NCBI GenBank assembly: GCA_964187785.1
Contig: OZ076409.1
Location: forward strand, 88,414,001-88,478,000
Source: Amphiscolops sp. MND2022
Lineage: Eukaryota
DNA: 64,000 nucleotides
Reading direction: 5' to 3'
Positions 1-14,000 of the stretch are shown piece by piece (the stretch's first letter is position 1; each line of letters opens with the position of its first letter). The position numbers were made by a program, and so were the translations under genes. Below the pieces are notes generated by a model. The model was not told where the DNA came from. It saw only the letters and a list, made by a program, of their open reading frames with translations, and did not search any database.

Positions 1-596
1 CATTCATTTCACCCCACATTCATTTCACTCCACATTTAAATTATCAAAAGCGTCTCAGATTAATCACTAAAGCCGCCCTTAGCTTACTAATTTCAATCTT
101 AGCGCTAATAGAAAAACGTCTTGGTTCTAATTACCAATTAGATAAGCAAACGATGCTTGCTATGTGAACCACAAAATCGGAACGGAAAAGTTTCACTTAT
201 CGGAATTGTAATACTGCTGAACAAGGAGCTCAGAAAAATCATTTTTTCTGTCAATCAAAATCTACAATTATGGATGCTGCGAATCTTCAGCAAAAAATTC
301 CTTATTCCGTTTTCCTACGGCAAAAAAATTCCTACAGGCCAGAAACCTCAAAGCTAACTCAAAAACAGTTGGCATCAAAGTTTAATTGTTGATTGGCTAA
401 TTAACGTGAGACGCTTTTGTATAATTACAATATGGTGTGAAATGAAAATGGGGTGAAATAAACATGGGATGAAATGATTGTGGGGTGAAATGAATGTGGG
501 GTGAAATGAACGTGGGGTGAAATGAATGTGGAGTGAAATGATATGGGGTGAAATGATATGGAGTGAAATGATTTTGGGGTGAAAAGAACGCACACC
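1..596. mobile_element. Foldback-type MITE (left end outside the window)
   Basis: cattcatttcaccccaca units at 1-35 are inverted relative to the tggggtgaaatgaatg array at about 433-585. Confidence 0.65.
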
Positions 597-1373
597 GTCA
601 TTTGTGACCTTTTTAGCAAATGAAATCGTTTGCTAACGATTTAATTTGTCGCTAACTATCGCTATCGCCTATTCGTCCTGAATTGTCGCTAGCGCTTCCA
701 CTGTCGCTTTCGTTGTCACACCTCTGATTCAAACGCAGTACAGATGTATGATTTCAGGCTAATTATACAGGGTCTTTCAGAAATCATGTGTCAACTTTAG
801 TTTCAGATATCTCAATAACTACTATTCAGAACGTAACGATTTAATCGATTTTCAACCTTATATGGAACTTTTGTTTCTGATACATCAAAAGTTTATTCAT
901 CTACACTAGGTTCTGGAAATGACCTCCATTCTGATCTTCAAACAGCTGTAATCGCTTCCGAATATTTGCAAGTTGGTTCATGACCGGAAAGTGTGTAAAA
1001 TTGAGCTTAGCAATAAAATCGAACGAAACAAAACAAACATCAATCAAAAGTTACAACGTTTCTCTATAAAACCTTAAAAAACATTCTTGTTAAATTTGAC
1101 CAATTTCTCACAATTTGACGATAGTTTTGACACATAATTTCTGAAATACCCTGTAGTATGATCATGCATGTATATGGTAAACAGGATGACCATACGGTGG
1201 ACTATATATGTAAAAGAAGATGTCGTTTCATAGAAATCTTTGCAACAAATTTTCGCAACGTAAACTTTTGGTGTCAAATGAAAACCATTCAGCCGAAAAT
1301 TCTCAAACAAAAATTCTTTTTTTAATAAACTTCGTATATCTTTGTTGAGTTTCAAGTCGGTGTGTTTGCCCAG

Positions 1374-1608
1374 GTGGAGAATGTGCCATGTGGAACTAAC
1401 GGAGCGGTGTGCAGCAAGCAGATTTCGATCAGTCTGAACGGGGGAGCGGTGGAGATCATTCTGCTGCAGGGCAGAAACGTCACCATGAATGGAAACGAGA
1501 TCCTCGTCCCTTACGACACAGCCACGCTGCAGATCTACAGACACGGAACCATGACTGTGGTCATGAGCAAGACGTCCGATTACGAATTCACTGTCGAGTG
1601 GGACGGAG
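1374..1608 (+). CDS. Mucin exon, VWD domain (C-terminal half)
   Basis: cccag|GTG acceptor, G|gtaaaa donor; VENVPCGTNGAVCSKQISISL...VEWDG resembles mucin/VWF D domains. 5' boundary approximate. Confidence 0.85.
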
Positions 1609-4600
1609 GTAAAATTTCAATCATTCAAAACAATCAATTTTGTTTGTCGTGTTGTCGTGCACTTCTTGAGAATCTTCACTTTTAACTTTTTGCTGGTTAA
1701 TTCAACATTCAAATTTAAAAAAGGAGAAATTGATCTTTTCTTACCAGAATTCTTAAGAAAAATACTTCAATACTGTGAAATGTTTACTCAAACAGCGATG
1801 TAGGATTGAGTTAAGCTCTCCCCACAACCTCAAACCCGTTTACTGTTATTTTAAAAATATCGAAACTGTCTACATATAAGAGCACGGAAATTCGCTAATT
1901 TTCAAAGTCTGAACTTCCTAACTATTTGAAAACATACATTCTACATCTGCACTTTTTCTCTGAACTTAATCATAACTTCACTTCAGCCTCCCGTGTGTAC
2001 GTGAAGCAACCCGACATTGAGAGCGGGGCCGCCTTCAGCAAAGGTGTGTGTGGTCGCCCGGACAAAAAGGATGATGTGTATGACACCCTGACCCAACATG
2101 GAGCCCCCAGCGGAGACTCGTGTCACTTCATGACCAGCTGGGCCATCGACGCCAAATGTAACACCACTTGTGAGGTGTCCCTCTGTGAGGTACGTTTCAG
2201 AACTACTGTTAAATCAAAGAAAATTGAAAACTCAGAATTGAGGGATTCCTCGTATTTTTAACTGAAAAATAAGGTATACTTGAAAAGTCATACCAAGATA
2301 GACATATTTTACTGGTAATAATTTTTAATTATTTTTTACTGGTAATAATCGATACATAGATCTTGTCATAAAACCAAACACAATCAAATTTAGGAATTGT
2401 CTCAGAAACCCAAGGCTCTGAAGTTTGGGTTGGGTTGAAATATCAATTTCTTTAAAACTTTGAATAGCGAAATAAAAAAACAACACTGAAAGTTGAAGAA
2501 ATTGTTGAAACTTCAAATCGTTCCGGAACTTCACAAACATGTTTCCGCCTTTCAGCGAAACCCAGAGAGAAAAGCGTGGGCCGTGAGTCAGTGCTCTAAA
2601 CTGTATAGCGACATGTTCGCCGAGTGCAGATTGAACGTGGGAGACGCTGTCGACATCGATTACCTGTACGCCATGTGTCTGGAGGACGCCTGTGGGTGCA
2701 ACCAGGGCGGGGACCAGCAATGTCTGTGCCAGTCTATTGAGAACTACGCCCATGTGTGTGCCATGTACGGAGTGATCGTCGAGTGGAGAAGCAACGATCT
2801 GTGCCGTAAGTTTTGTAACCTAAAAGTTTCTTGCATTGGGTACATTTACTAGGTGAAGCAAAATACGGAACGCACAAAAACTTGCGTCTTCAAAATCGTA
2901 TTATTTGTAAACAAGAGACTGATAATCTTTCATTTTTTCTGTCAGTCATTTAGAATGAAGCTCCTGTTACGTAATCGCATCTTCAATTGAGGATAGTACG
3001 AAGCATCATAAAAAGTCTAGACGTCTTTACCAGTCGTTTCGCTCTCACTTTTAATGCGTGAATGTTCTTTCGCTTCGAAGAAAAGTTGCCATCTTCATAG
3101 ATTGGCAGCAAAGTTCAAAAATGTTGTGAAACTTTTGTTGGCAAATATTTGAAACTTTGAGAGATCGAAAAATTTTTTACGTTCCGTTTTTGGTTCACCT
3201 TGTAGTACTGGGTGAACCAAAAAACCGGAACGCACAAAATATTCACTCTTCAAAATGGTAATATTTGTAAACAAGACTCTGGAAATCTTTCACTTTCTCT
3301 GTCAATCATCCTCTCATTACGTCATCGGATCTTCATCAAAGAATGATCCGAACATTCAGAAAAAGTCTAGACATCTTTACAAGTAGTTTCGTTCGCACTT
3401 TTGATGTGTGAAAGTTTCTTAGCTTCGAAGAAAAGATGTCAAATTGAATGACTGACAAGGTGAATTGCAATGTTCAGAGTTGCTTTGAAACATTTGTTGA
3501 CAAATATTTGAAACTTTGAGAGCCCGGAAATTTATATGCGTTCCATTTTTTGGTTCCGTACGAGTCTTCTAGTGCAGTAGCTATGATTAGTAGTAAAGGA
3601 GCTCCTATAGGGTAAGAGTGTCTATTATAGCGTTTTCTGGGAGTTTAGTCTGGAGTAAGACACTTGATGATTACTCCCGGACTGGGACTTTTACGCGTTT
3701 CGGAATGTACCGGAGAACTAGCTATGGTAAAATGTCTAAGAATGGAACCATCGACCCGAAATATCCCATAAGTTTTGCCCCTTTTTACCGGGAATGGAGT
3801 GAAAAATGATGAAATTCAGAATTGCATTTATGCAAAAAGACATTGCATTTGTATTTGAACAGCGCCAGGTAAATGAACATTCCATGTCTCATACAAGGTT
3901 GGGCGACAATTCATCTCAAGCGACGACACGTCCCAAGCGACACTTTGTCCCAAATTCCAAAAAGTGACAATTCGACAATTGCAGGTTTTAATAATTGGGA
4001 CGAATTGTCGCTTTTCAAAATGGGACGAATTGTCGCTTTTCAAAATGGGACGAATTGACGCTTGGGACAAATTGAAGCTTGGGATGAATTATCGCTTTTT
4101 GGAATTTGGGACGAATTGTCGCTTGGGACGAATCGCCGTTTGGGCCGAATTGTCGCTTTACGCTCATACAAGGGCCGGTCGGCAGCCTCTGGGAGTTTTA
4201 TTTCTCCTGCCAATCATTAAGGCTGCTCTCATTTTTCTCAAACCTTACATTTCCAAATCAATTAATTAACAATGATTTTCAACACAAAAATTCGTCAAAA
4301 TGGAAACAAATCTATAAAAATTGAAATTGCCTGTACGTTTTGGTAGCCGCCATAGGATGAAAAAACTTTGGTTTTTCAGCATTCATGTGCGAATGTGAAG
4401 GGGAGTTCGGAGGTTTCGCCTACTGCATGGAGATCGAGAAGACTTGCAAATTCCCCAATGGGAATGCTTTGAGACCTCTGTCCCCAGGAGGGACGCAGTG
4501 CAATGAGGGTTGCAAGTGCAGTGATGGATATTTCAGAGAAGACAGTATGTAAACTTTTCAAACTTTTGTATATAAACGTAAAGAACAACCCTGGTCGAGC

Positions 4601-7600
4601 CTCCATGAACTTTTGACATGTATGAATGCATGCAGGGAAATTTTTTTGCAACCTACAAAATTCAGGGATCATGCAGAGAAAAATCTTGTGAAACTTCCCT
4701 GCATCTTGGAAAATCTTGTAAAACTTTGCTTAAGAACGCAAAATGAAAGTTACTATGAAACTATCCGTTGAAAAAATGTTTGAATTGAACCTGCTGAGGT
4801 GTAGTGTAAAAAGGTGCGTTTAAAATAAATTGCAAAGGATTCAATTCCCGAGGGCTTCAAAGAAAAATTTGCACTATTCAAGTTGAAACAACTTGACAAC
4901 GACATAAGTCGTGCCCCGTTTAACACTCAAAAAGTGCAGAGTACTTCAAATCGCTTAGGAACCGTAAATTGAAAAGTTTTTGGAAATCTCACAGTGCCGA
5001 AAAAGATTTGAAGGAAAGACCTTTTGGGCTTCAGTTTTTTTGTAGCTGAAAACACACAAAAAAAAATCAGAATAAGAACCCTTTTGTGGAATTGAATAAT
5101 TCAAAAAAGTCACCAATGTGACGAAAAAAAAATCACAAACTGCTTTGTAATTCGAAAAAAATGAATGTCGAAAATTAAAAGGAGACACTTTCAAAGTTTT
5201 TGCCCTCTTTAGATCTTGAGCTGAAAATGATTTTTTTGAAGATCCTTTTTGGTGATTTGCATCGGACTGCAGGTTTTCTGGAGAAGAAAAAGACGAAAAA
5301 TCATTATAATAGTCGCGTTATATTTCATAAATCGCCGACTAATAACTAATGGCTTTTTTATTTTTAATTGAAAGGAATTGTGTTTAAGTCACTGGCGAGT
5401 GCGTTCTGTCCGAGGATTGTCCTTGTTACTACAAAGACAGATACGGAATCCAGAAAATCGCCAAGCCTTTCGACATTGTGGACTTTGATGACTGCCAGAA
5501 ATGGTTAGCTAAAGCGTCTTGTAAAGTAAATCTATATGTCAAAACTATAGATAGCATACCACTTTTTGTGTTGAGCCACTGCCCGTTTTCCCGGGAACGT
5601 ACTGAATGGTACTTTTCGGATTTTTCGGATCAATATTTTTCGGATTGAAATTGAGACGATTCATCAAATAGCAATAGTCATCATTTCTATTATGATCTAG
5701 CGACAGATACTAGATCGAATTAATAATTATATATACGAATTAAATATATACGAATTAAATTAGGTTCATAGAAGACCTAACGATACCCAAATTCAACGAC
5801 TTTTTGATTAGCTGTACTTAGATTGTTTCCGCTTTAGTTGTCACTTTTTCTTTTCTAAAAGATTCAGCTTTCAGAACTATATGAAAAAAGAAATTTTTTT
5901 TCTACCTTTTTTTTCTACCGTCGACTTTCGTTTGTTTGCACGTGTTAATGTTTCTCTTGCAGTGTTTGCCAGAACACATCGATGGTGTGTGAGATCATTG
6001 AAGATTGCTGCCCCGACAACACTTTCTTGTGTGAAGACCAGTGTCTGCCCTACAGCCTCAAGTGTGACGACAAATGTGACGGGCCAGTCAGAACTGACGG
6101 CTCCTGCTGTGACGAAGACGGATGCATCCGTAAGTCAAACAAACTACAGTTGAATCCGCCGCCTAATTCGTATCGCTAGGGACCGAATAAAATAGTACAA
6201 ATAATGAGGAATACAAATTAACCGGATGATATTACTTCGGTTGTCGCGAAATGGGGGTCTCAGATACATACGAATTAAACGAAGATCCGAATTATCCGGA
6301 TACAAATTAACCGGAGTTTACTGTATTTGGATTTTAAAACTTTTTGAAAAAATCTTTTTTGTAACGACGTTAACAATTCGAGCGATGATAATTTGGGGTC
6401 ACTCAAAAAACCTCCGCTGTCACATGAAAATATATATAACGTATTAAACTTGCAAAAATTGAGAACTAGCAGTGAACTAATTCAAAACTTTTTATCGGTT
6501 GAAACTTCTCCGAATTTTTTTTTCATTTGAAGATAGCTGGTTGTTTGATAGCATGGAGTCACCCGATGCATACAATGAGACCGATCGCGTTTTTTTTTTA
6601 CACACAAAACATTTTTATCTGGGCAAAAATCATAAGATTGGCGGCACACGAATACCAAAATACATAGGTACAATACATTCTAAAATACTATTTCTTACAC
6701 ATACAAAGCAACGCTTTGAAACCCTGCGACTAGTTTAAGGCAGATTCCTTAGTTTAAGTTACTTGTTCCCAGCTGGAACCAATAGTTTTTTCCAGACTTT
6801 AACTGCACATGTCCCGAATTCTGCTGCCCCGGCGAGGAAAACAAGTGCTACACTGCCCTGGATGTGTGTGACGGAGTGTCCCACTGTTCCGACGGCTCCG
6901 ATGAAGCAAACTGTACCTGCAGCTGTCCTCCCGAGTACGAAGGTTGTCCCTCTCTGTGGCCCTACCAAATCGGGTGTCCCTCTTGCTGGAGCCCCATCGA
7001 GGATCACTGTGACGGAGTTTGTGATTGCCCAAGCTGTGACGACGAACAGTGAGAAAAATAATTTTTATTTTCCGACCCCATATTTTACAAATAGGGGAGG
7101 AAAATCATGATCTGTGTTGCGTTTTTTTTCCAAAATTTGCCAAAATTCCACTTGCTTCCATCCACTTGCACAAGTCTGATGAACGAGTCTGATGAACAAG
7201 TCTGATGAACAACATTTCAAGCCTGATGAGAGATGGGAATAATATCTAAAGTAAAAATGGGATTAAGATCTAAAGGGAATAAAATCTAAAATTTCAGGAC
7301 GGGAATAAGATCTAAAGGGAACAAGATCTAAAATCACTAAATTTTAGATCTTATTATTTAGATCCTATTCCCCTCTCAAAATAGCTATGGCTTAGTTGAT
7401 GAAGGCGAAAAGGGAGGAAAATATCCCGATGCTTAGCGGGCGTCTTGTGTACTTTTCCAGCGTTTTTGTTGTCAGTTAAAATAAAAGCAAGACAAAACAA
7501 TGTATAAAATGTGATTTGAGCTTCTAGTTTCCAGATTCGAAAGTCAAGAAAGGCCGAAAAGTGTATTGCCTTGGAGCAGCATAGAGATTTCGAAAAAAAA

Positions 7601-8020
7601 TATAGAATGAAGAAGTTTTCATATTTCAAGACAGTATACTGTCTGTACGATGTTAATATACGTTACAGTTTTAAGATTAATTTTTCTTCTCTGAAATTCC
7701 AAAAACAGAAGTTTTTGTGTTTTGAAGTCGGCAAAATTTTGAGACGATTGAGTGCCAAAATCAGAAAATGCGCGTACCATAGAAGAAGAAAAAGTTAATT
7801 AACGCGTTAAAGTTGTGATAACATATTTGCAGCCAAATGGTCAAGCAATGGTCAATTTGAAGCTATGGTTTCAAAGTGACTTGCTCAAGGTCACAAAGGT
7901 CTGACTGCTCACTGTTGCTCTTTTCATTTTGCTTTTCTCCGCCAAATGCGTTATTTTTGTCACTGACCATACCACTAAGCCAGGGGTTGAGGACTTGCTT
8001 AAGGCCCAACAATGGTGAGT

Positions 8021-8063
<43 letters not shown>

Positions 8064-11000
8064 TATAAGTTTTGGGTTTTTTGAAGGAGATAAAATGCAG
8101 CTAGCATGTTACGTGCTGTGTTATAGTAACTGCTGTGAAGACACCTACAAAGAGTGCAAGGGGTCTGGAGAATGTGTGCCCCCCTCAGAGGTATGTGATG
8201 GCCATTGCGACTGCAAGAGTTGCGAGGACGAAGAAGATTGCTGCATCAACGAATGCAAAGACGGCTACTACAGATGTCAGTACAACTCCATCTACGACAT
8301 GCTTTTCAACACCACTGCGTTAGTCACTCCTTCACATCTAAATATTATCTACCTGTCTCACATATCTTCTTTTGAAAAAGTTGTTTTTTGGGCAAAATTT
8401 CGAACCGAAGTTTTTCACACTTATGATGATGACTCTTAAATTATCATAAAGTATGTGAATTTTTGTAGAATTTATATTCGGTAATGGTGAACTTTGAGGA
8501 ATTAAACTATTGATCAAAAAGAATTTTAATTCGGGTTTCAAAAGTTAAAACATTAAAACAACCTGATAATAAAACATAAAACAACTTCAAGAAATCCGTG
8601 TTATAACATTGACATGTAATGCACAGTTATATTTACCAGTATATTCATAATGTATAAGAGATCCTTTTTCCATCTAGCGTAAGACGAAATTTGTTGTGAG
8701 CTACTTCCTAAGTGATACGAAGTTTCATTTCAGTTTCATCAACCGATTCGGTAAACCATACGGACCTGAGAACTGCCCGTGTATTCCCCTGGGTTGCAAT
8801 TTCTGCACCAAGTACTCAGTTGGATGTCCTCTCAATGACCTTGACATGTACTGCGAGGAAGACAGTTAGTAATTTTTCCTTTTTCTACGAATATAGCGAT
8901 CAAATATAAAAATTTCACAACGAATATATCTATTTTTTTGGGAAGCGTCCAGCTGTGCGCTTGAAATTGTAGATCTTATTCCGGATTTATTGAGAAACTG
9001 TCAAAAAAGTTGACCAAAAATTCTTCATCAAAAACTTGAACAAGACGCCCGCTGAGGAGCGGGATATTTTCCGCCCCGAACTGTTCTACAACTACATAAA
9101 TTTGAGGCTCAAGAATAACTAATGCACTATAAAAACGCTGAGAAGTTCGAAGAAAAGAAAGCTTCGATTCATCTTGTCCATTTTTCTAATTCGCGGTGTC
9201 TCAAAAAATGGCAAAAATTGCATAAAAATGTTTAAAAATGAGAAATTTGGGAATTTTTGTCATTTTCGGGGTCATTTTGTCATTAAGGGGTCATTTTGTC
9301 ATTAAGGGGTCATTTTCGTCATTTTCGTCATTTTTTAAAAAAACTTCAAAAATCTCTACAAATACATATCGCACGAAGCTAAATTTATGTGGGTTGAATT
9401 CTATGGGTAACACCCTTAAATTTAAATATAAATAAAATCTTGGCAAATTTTGTAAAAAAAAAAACCCGTTTGATTTAAATATTTTCCTTTCCCATATGAA
9501 ATATGGGCGGAAAATAACAATTGGGCTGTTTTACCTTCAAGAAAAGGATTGAAGACATAGTCTTCGTCTATTGGCTGATCATATTTAATTCGCGAGGAAA
9601 GTTATTTCTACTTTAGGCGTACACAAACTGTATATCTAGATCAGGAATGCATATCAAACAAGAAGCACAGTGGCACAGCCATATTTCCCGAGTAAGCTGT
9701 TAATACGCCTTTATGGAAAAACAGACAGCTTCCAACCTCATTGTTCAATTGTTTGACAAAGTGATTTTTAAAAGTCGCTGAAAACTGAAAAAAGTCATGT
9801 CAATTCGCATATCCGTGATTATAAGTTAGTAAATTCCGTAATTATAACAACTCGAACCTAAACTATTTTCTTTATCTTCATCCTCGCACTATCCAATTTA
9901 ATTCGGGAATAACGTTAATAATGCGGCAATTTTATCCTTATATCGGTTATAATTGAAAACGGTAATTATGTTGTTCGAATTGAAAACAAAAAATCTACCC
10001 TGGTCAGAGTCTAATTTCACAGTCTTCCTTGCGAAACCTGAAGTGAAATAAAACAAAAATAATTTCGAAAATTGGCATTTGGCGCGTTTTTTTGTTGTAA
10101 AATACGTTATATTATAAAACCTAAAAAGTAAGAATCAAATTGAAAAGGTACACAAGCTCGACACTGGTCAGAGTCAAATATCATACTCCTCATAGTAGCA
10201 CCTAAAACAATGTGAATACAAGATTACCAATAAAATTAGGATATGACGTCAATATTCAGTTTATCGCATTTCTCATCGAAATAGAGGTTGTATCAGAAGC
10301 TATTAAAAAATCAGCGCCATCTTGATGCAGAATGTAGATACAAAATAACAGCCTGTGGAAATTGATTCTTGTAAAAAATTCAAAATAAGTCGTACAAGGC
10401 AGAAAAAACGAGCCTAGCTCGAGAAAATATTTATCTCAATTAAAACAATACAAACACCCAAAATTTTGGTTCGAAGTAAAGTGTCAAAAAACGCAAAAGT
10501 GTCAAAAACTAGCAGAAAATAAGGAGACCCCTTAGTGAAATGTTAAAAACGTCTAAAAAAGCAGCGCAGTGCAAAAAACACAATTGGGACCCTTTGGTCT
10601 CGTCTACGAAAACATTATAAAAATAATCTGAATTTTTCCTGTCCAATGTTTTGTTACCCGCGGAAACCACCAGGCCAAGTGGACAGTACTGTTCACTTCC
10701 CAGTATAGCATGCATCTAATAGTTCCAGGTGGAAATGTCAGAAAAGAAAAAGAACCCGCTGAAATTAAAATTTTTTCTTTCCGTACCAAAAACGAAAACT
10801 AAAAATGACCCAGTAAATTGAAAGTTTATACTTCAAGTCTTGGCAAGGGTTGTTTGTTCGAGATTTTTCTTAAATGGAAGTTATTTGATTTCAGAGGAGT
10901 GCTTCCTTGTGTGTGAACACCCACAAACTGGAGACCTACAGTGTCTGAACAAGGAACAAGCATGTGACCCATTGCGACAAGGCTTCCAGTGTAAAAACAA

Positions 11001-14000
11001 CGAAGATCTGGACAACGACTGTATGTGTGCAACAACCAGTCAAACTACAACTTCCAGAACAACCAGCAGAACTACGTCACGAACTACGTCATCAACCACA
11101 TCATCAACTTCGACAACCACGACTTCCTCAACTTCTCCGACTACGTCATCGACTACGTCATTGACTACGTCATCGACGACTTCATCGACAAGCCCAACGA
11201 CTTCTCCGACAACGAGCTCAACCAGCCTCACGACAAGCTCAACTTCCCCGACTACCAGTCAAACGACTTCCACGACTTCTCCCACGACAAGTGACACTCA
11301 CAGCGAGACAACAAGCCCAACCACTACATCAAAGACACACAGGAGTAAGTTTTGCTCGATTCAGCTGCAGGCTGTTTTTTCCTTTTTGACTCTGTTTTTT
11401 TTCCTTTTCGAAGGGCAAAGTCAATTTTTTAGTAATATTTGGAACAAACTCACACCATGCCTGACTATAAAACCGCCAGATCTGTAAAACTTTGGACAAA
11501 AGTTACAATTCAGTTTTTCAGAAAAATTCTATAATTGTTGATGAGTATTATAAGTATTTTCAATAATTTTCAAACTTGGTATAAACTGTTGCTTGGCATG
11601 AATCATTGCCATGAGCTTCCATTTGTGCGCTTTAGTTTGCGAGCACCCGAAACCGTATGCTACATTGGTGAGTTGCACCGGTGCTTTGGACCGATATAAT
11701 CCTCCCAACTTGCAGACGAGCGTTGCCTGTGACATTGGAGGAAACTACTCCAGCCAAGAGAAGAACTTCGAGAACGTGGACTCTATCAACCCATTCGTCA
11801 TTCCCGCTCTCCCGTCCTCGGGAACATTCGGATCCATTGAAAAAGATATCATGGTTCGCATTTTCAACCTCTAAATTAGGGAAAACCCAAAAAGATTTAT
11901 CGAATCATGTCTTAATAATAAAGCGAGCAAGTGTTTCAAATTAATTCTGAAAGTTTTTCTCCATTCAAATAAGAATGCAGAAGAGAACGCCTCAAAGCTT
12001 ATTGTTCGCTATTCAATTTTGTGGAATTGATTTGAAAAATTTGAGTGAAATTGGGAAATTTTTCAAAAAAATATATAAAGCAATAAAATTTGTAACAAAT
12101 TTTTGAAACTTTTGCAGTTCAAGAAACATTACTGAGCCTCGAAGGGGTGAACTTTAACGTTCACTGCCATTTCCGTGGAATGAATTCACGACACTGAATT
12201 ATTCACGTCACTTTGGATGTATAAAACAATCAACTTTTTGTTTTAAGTCGGCGCTTTCATTAAAAATTAGGACACGATAGTAGTGATTTTACATTTTCAA
12301 AAACCACTCAATTTGACCAATTTTCGTAAAGTTGCTTTAGTCCCTGATTTTTCCTCAAATTGACTATAGTTTTATTAGTTTCTTAATTTTGCTTCATTCG
12401 CTGCCCTAGTTGGCACTGCTTGAACTTTTTACATGTTTTTGTACGTTACCAAGCTAATTTTCCATGATTTTATAAACTTTTCAAAGAAACGTCCATGCAT
12501 TAAAACTTCACTGATTAGATTTAATTTTATCAAGCTGCCTATACGGTGCATCCTAAATTTGGCGGCAATTCTGCGCCGCAAAGTTTTGTAGGTTTCATTA
12601 AGACGCCGTTCTAATTTTGCAAGCAGCTGAGACCTTCATCACTTTTACCGCGCTTTCAATGCAAATAAACTTCAGTCACATTATACGTTTCAAAGTAGCG
12701 TCATATTCAGCGTGTTATTTAACTAATGGTGATTGCATAAGGTACTTACTTGAGAAACTTACGCGTGAAAACAAAGTGATCGCAGCGTTGAAGAAGTGGA
12801 AATGTTTTCAGTTTTAATTCAAATAGTGGAGGCTGCATTGTAATCCTACAAAATGTTTCCATGCACGGTCCCGGAATTTTCCATGTTTTATAAAAAATTA
12901 GCCTGCATGTTTCCATGCAGCATGTAAAAAGTTCAAGCAATCTCGACTAGGGGGGCTAGAAGAAAACCTTCAACCAAAGCGCGAAGTATTCATTTTTCTC
13001 TACCAATCACACGCAAAAAATATGCAAACAATTGTAAATCATTAGTGTATAATACACAGTGTTGTGCATTTTCATTTTTAAAAAGGATTTTTTTGAGGAA
13101 AAAGTTTTTTTAAAGATCTTCCAAATTATTGAATAATATTCAATACAAATGAAAACAGTATACAAATGATTTCAGATCAAAATTGTAATTCGCATTAAAT
13201 CAGGTACATAAACATTGGAGTCTGAGCTTAATGTTAGTCATGGCCAATCGATTTTTCCGTAAAGTAAATACTGTAACTGGAAAATTCTGGAGTTGACACA
13301 GATGGTAAACCTTTCACGCTCCCATCTCTTGCCGAGGTTTGATTCTCCGAGAGTATAGCTTTTTTAATTTTATCTATTGCTATTCATTTAAATGATTATT
13401 CCTTTAAATGAATTGATTTTAAAGGTTGGAAAATTTATATGATCATTTTAATGATCATTTATATCTTCCTTTAAATTCACAACACTGATTTTACCCAGTG
13501 TAAAACATCTTGAAAATTTTACCAAGATCTTGAATATTCCTAAATGTTCCTCTTTACTCTTGAAAGCCTTGATTGGATCTTATTTATGCTTCACATAAAC
13601 CTCTTGAATTTCTTAGATAGGAGTCTTGGCAAGAGTGTTATCAAGAGTGTCAAGGAAATAAGTAACTCGCAAAACAAACCGCAATTTTGTCCACAATTAC
13701 TTTGCTGTTGTGTTCGCATTACCAGCTACACTATTATTTTTTGAAGTGCCGGTTATAGAATAACACAAAGCGTTGAAATTCAGGACGTGATAGCTTCGTG
13801 CAGATAACGTGCACTCCTGCGGCATAATAGGTACGCTGATCAAGCCGCAGTTGGTATGGGTTTTTGTTTCTTTTCATTTACTTTTATAAGATTTTCTTGA
13901 AACTTGGCAAGATCTTGTCAGATCGTATTTATTCTTGGTTCTCTTGATACGAATCTTGCTAAGATTCTCAACAAGGATGTCAAGGAAATACAAGACAAGT

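Noticed and set aside
12404..12952. piggyBac assignment for the CCCTAG-ended MITE
   Set aside because: Neither copy is flanked by TTAA; superfamily left unassigned.
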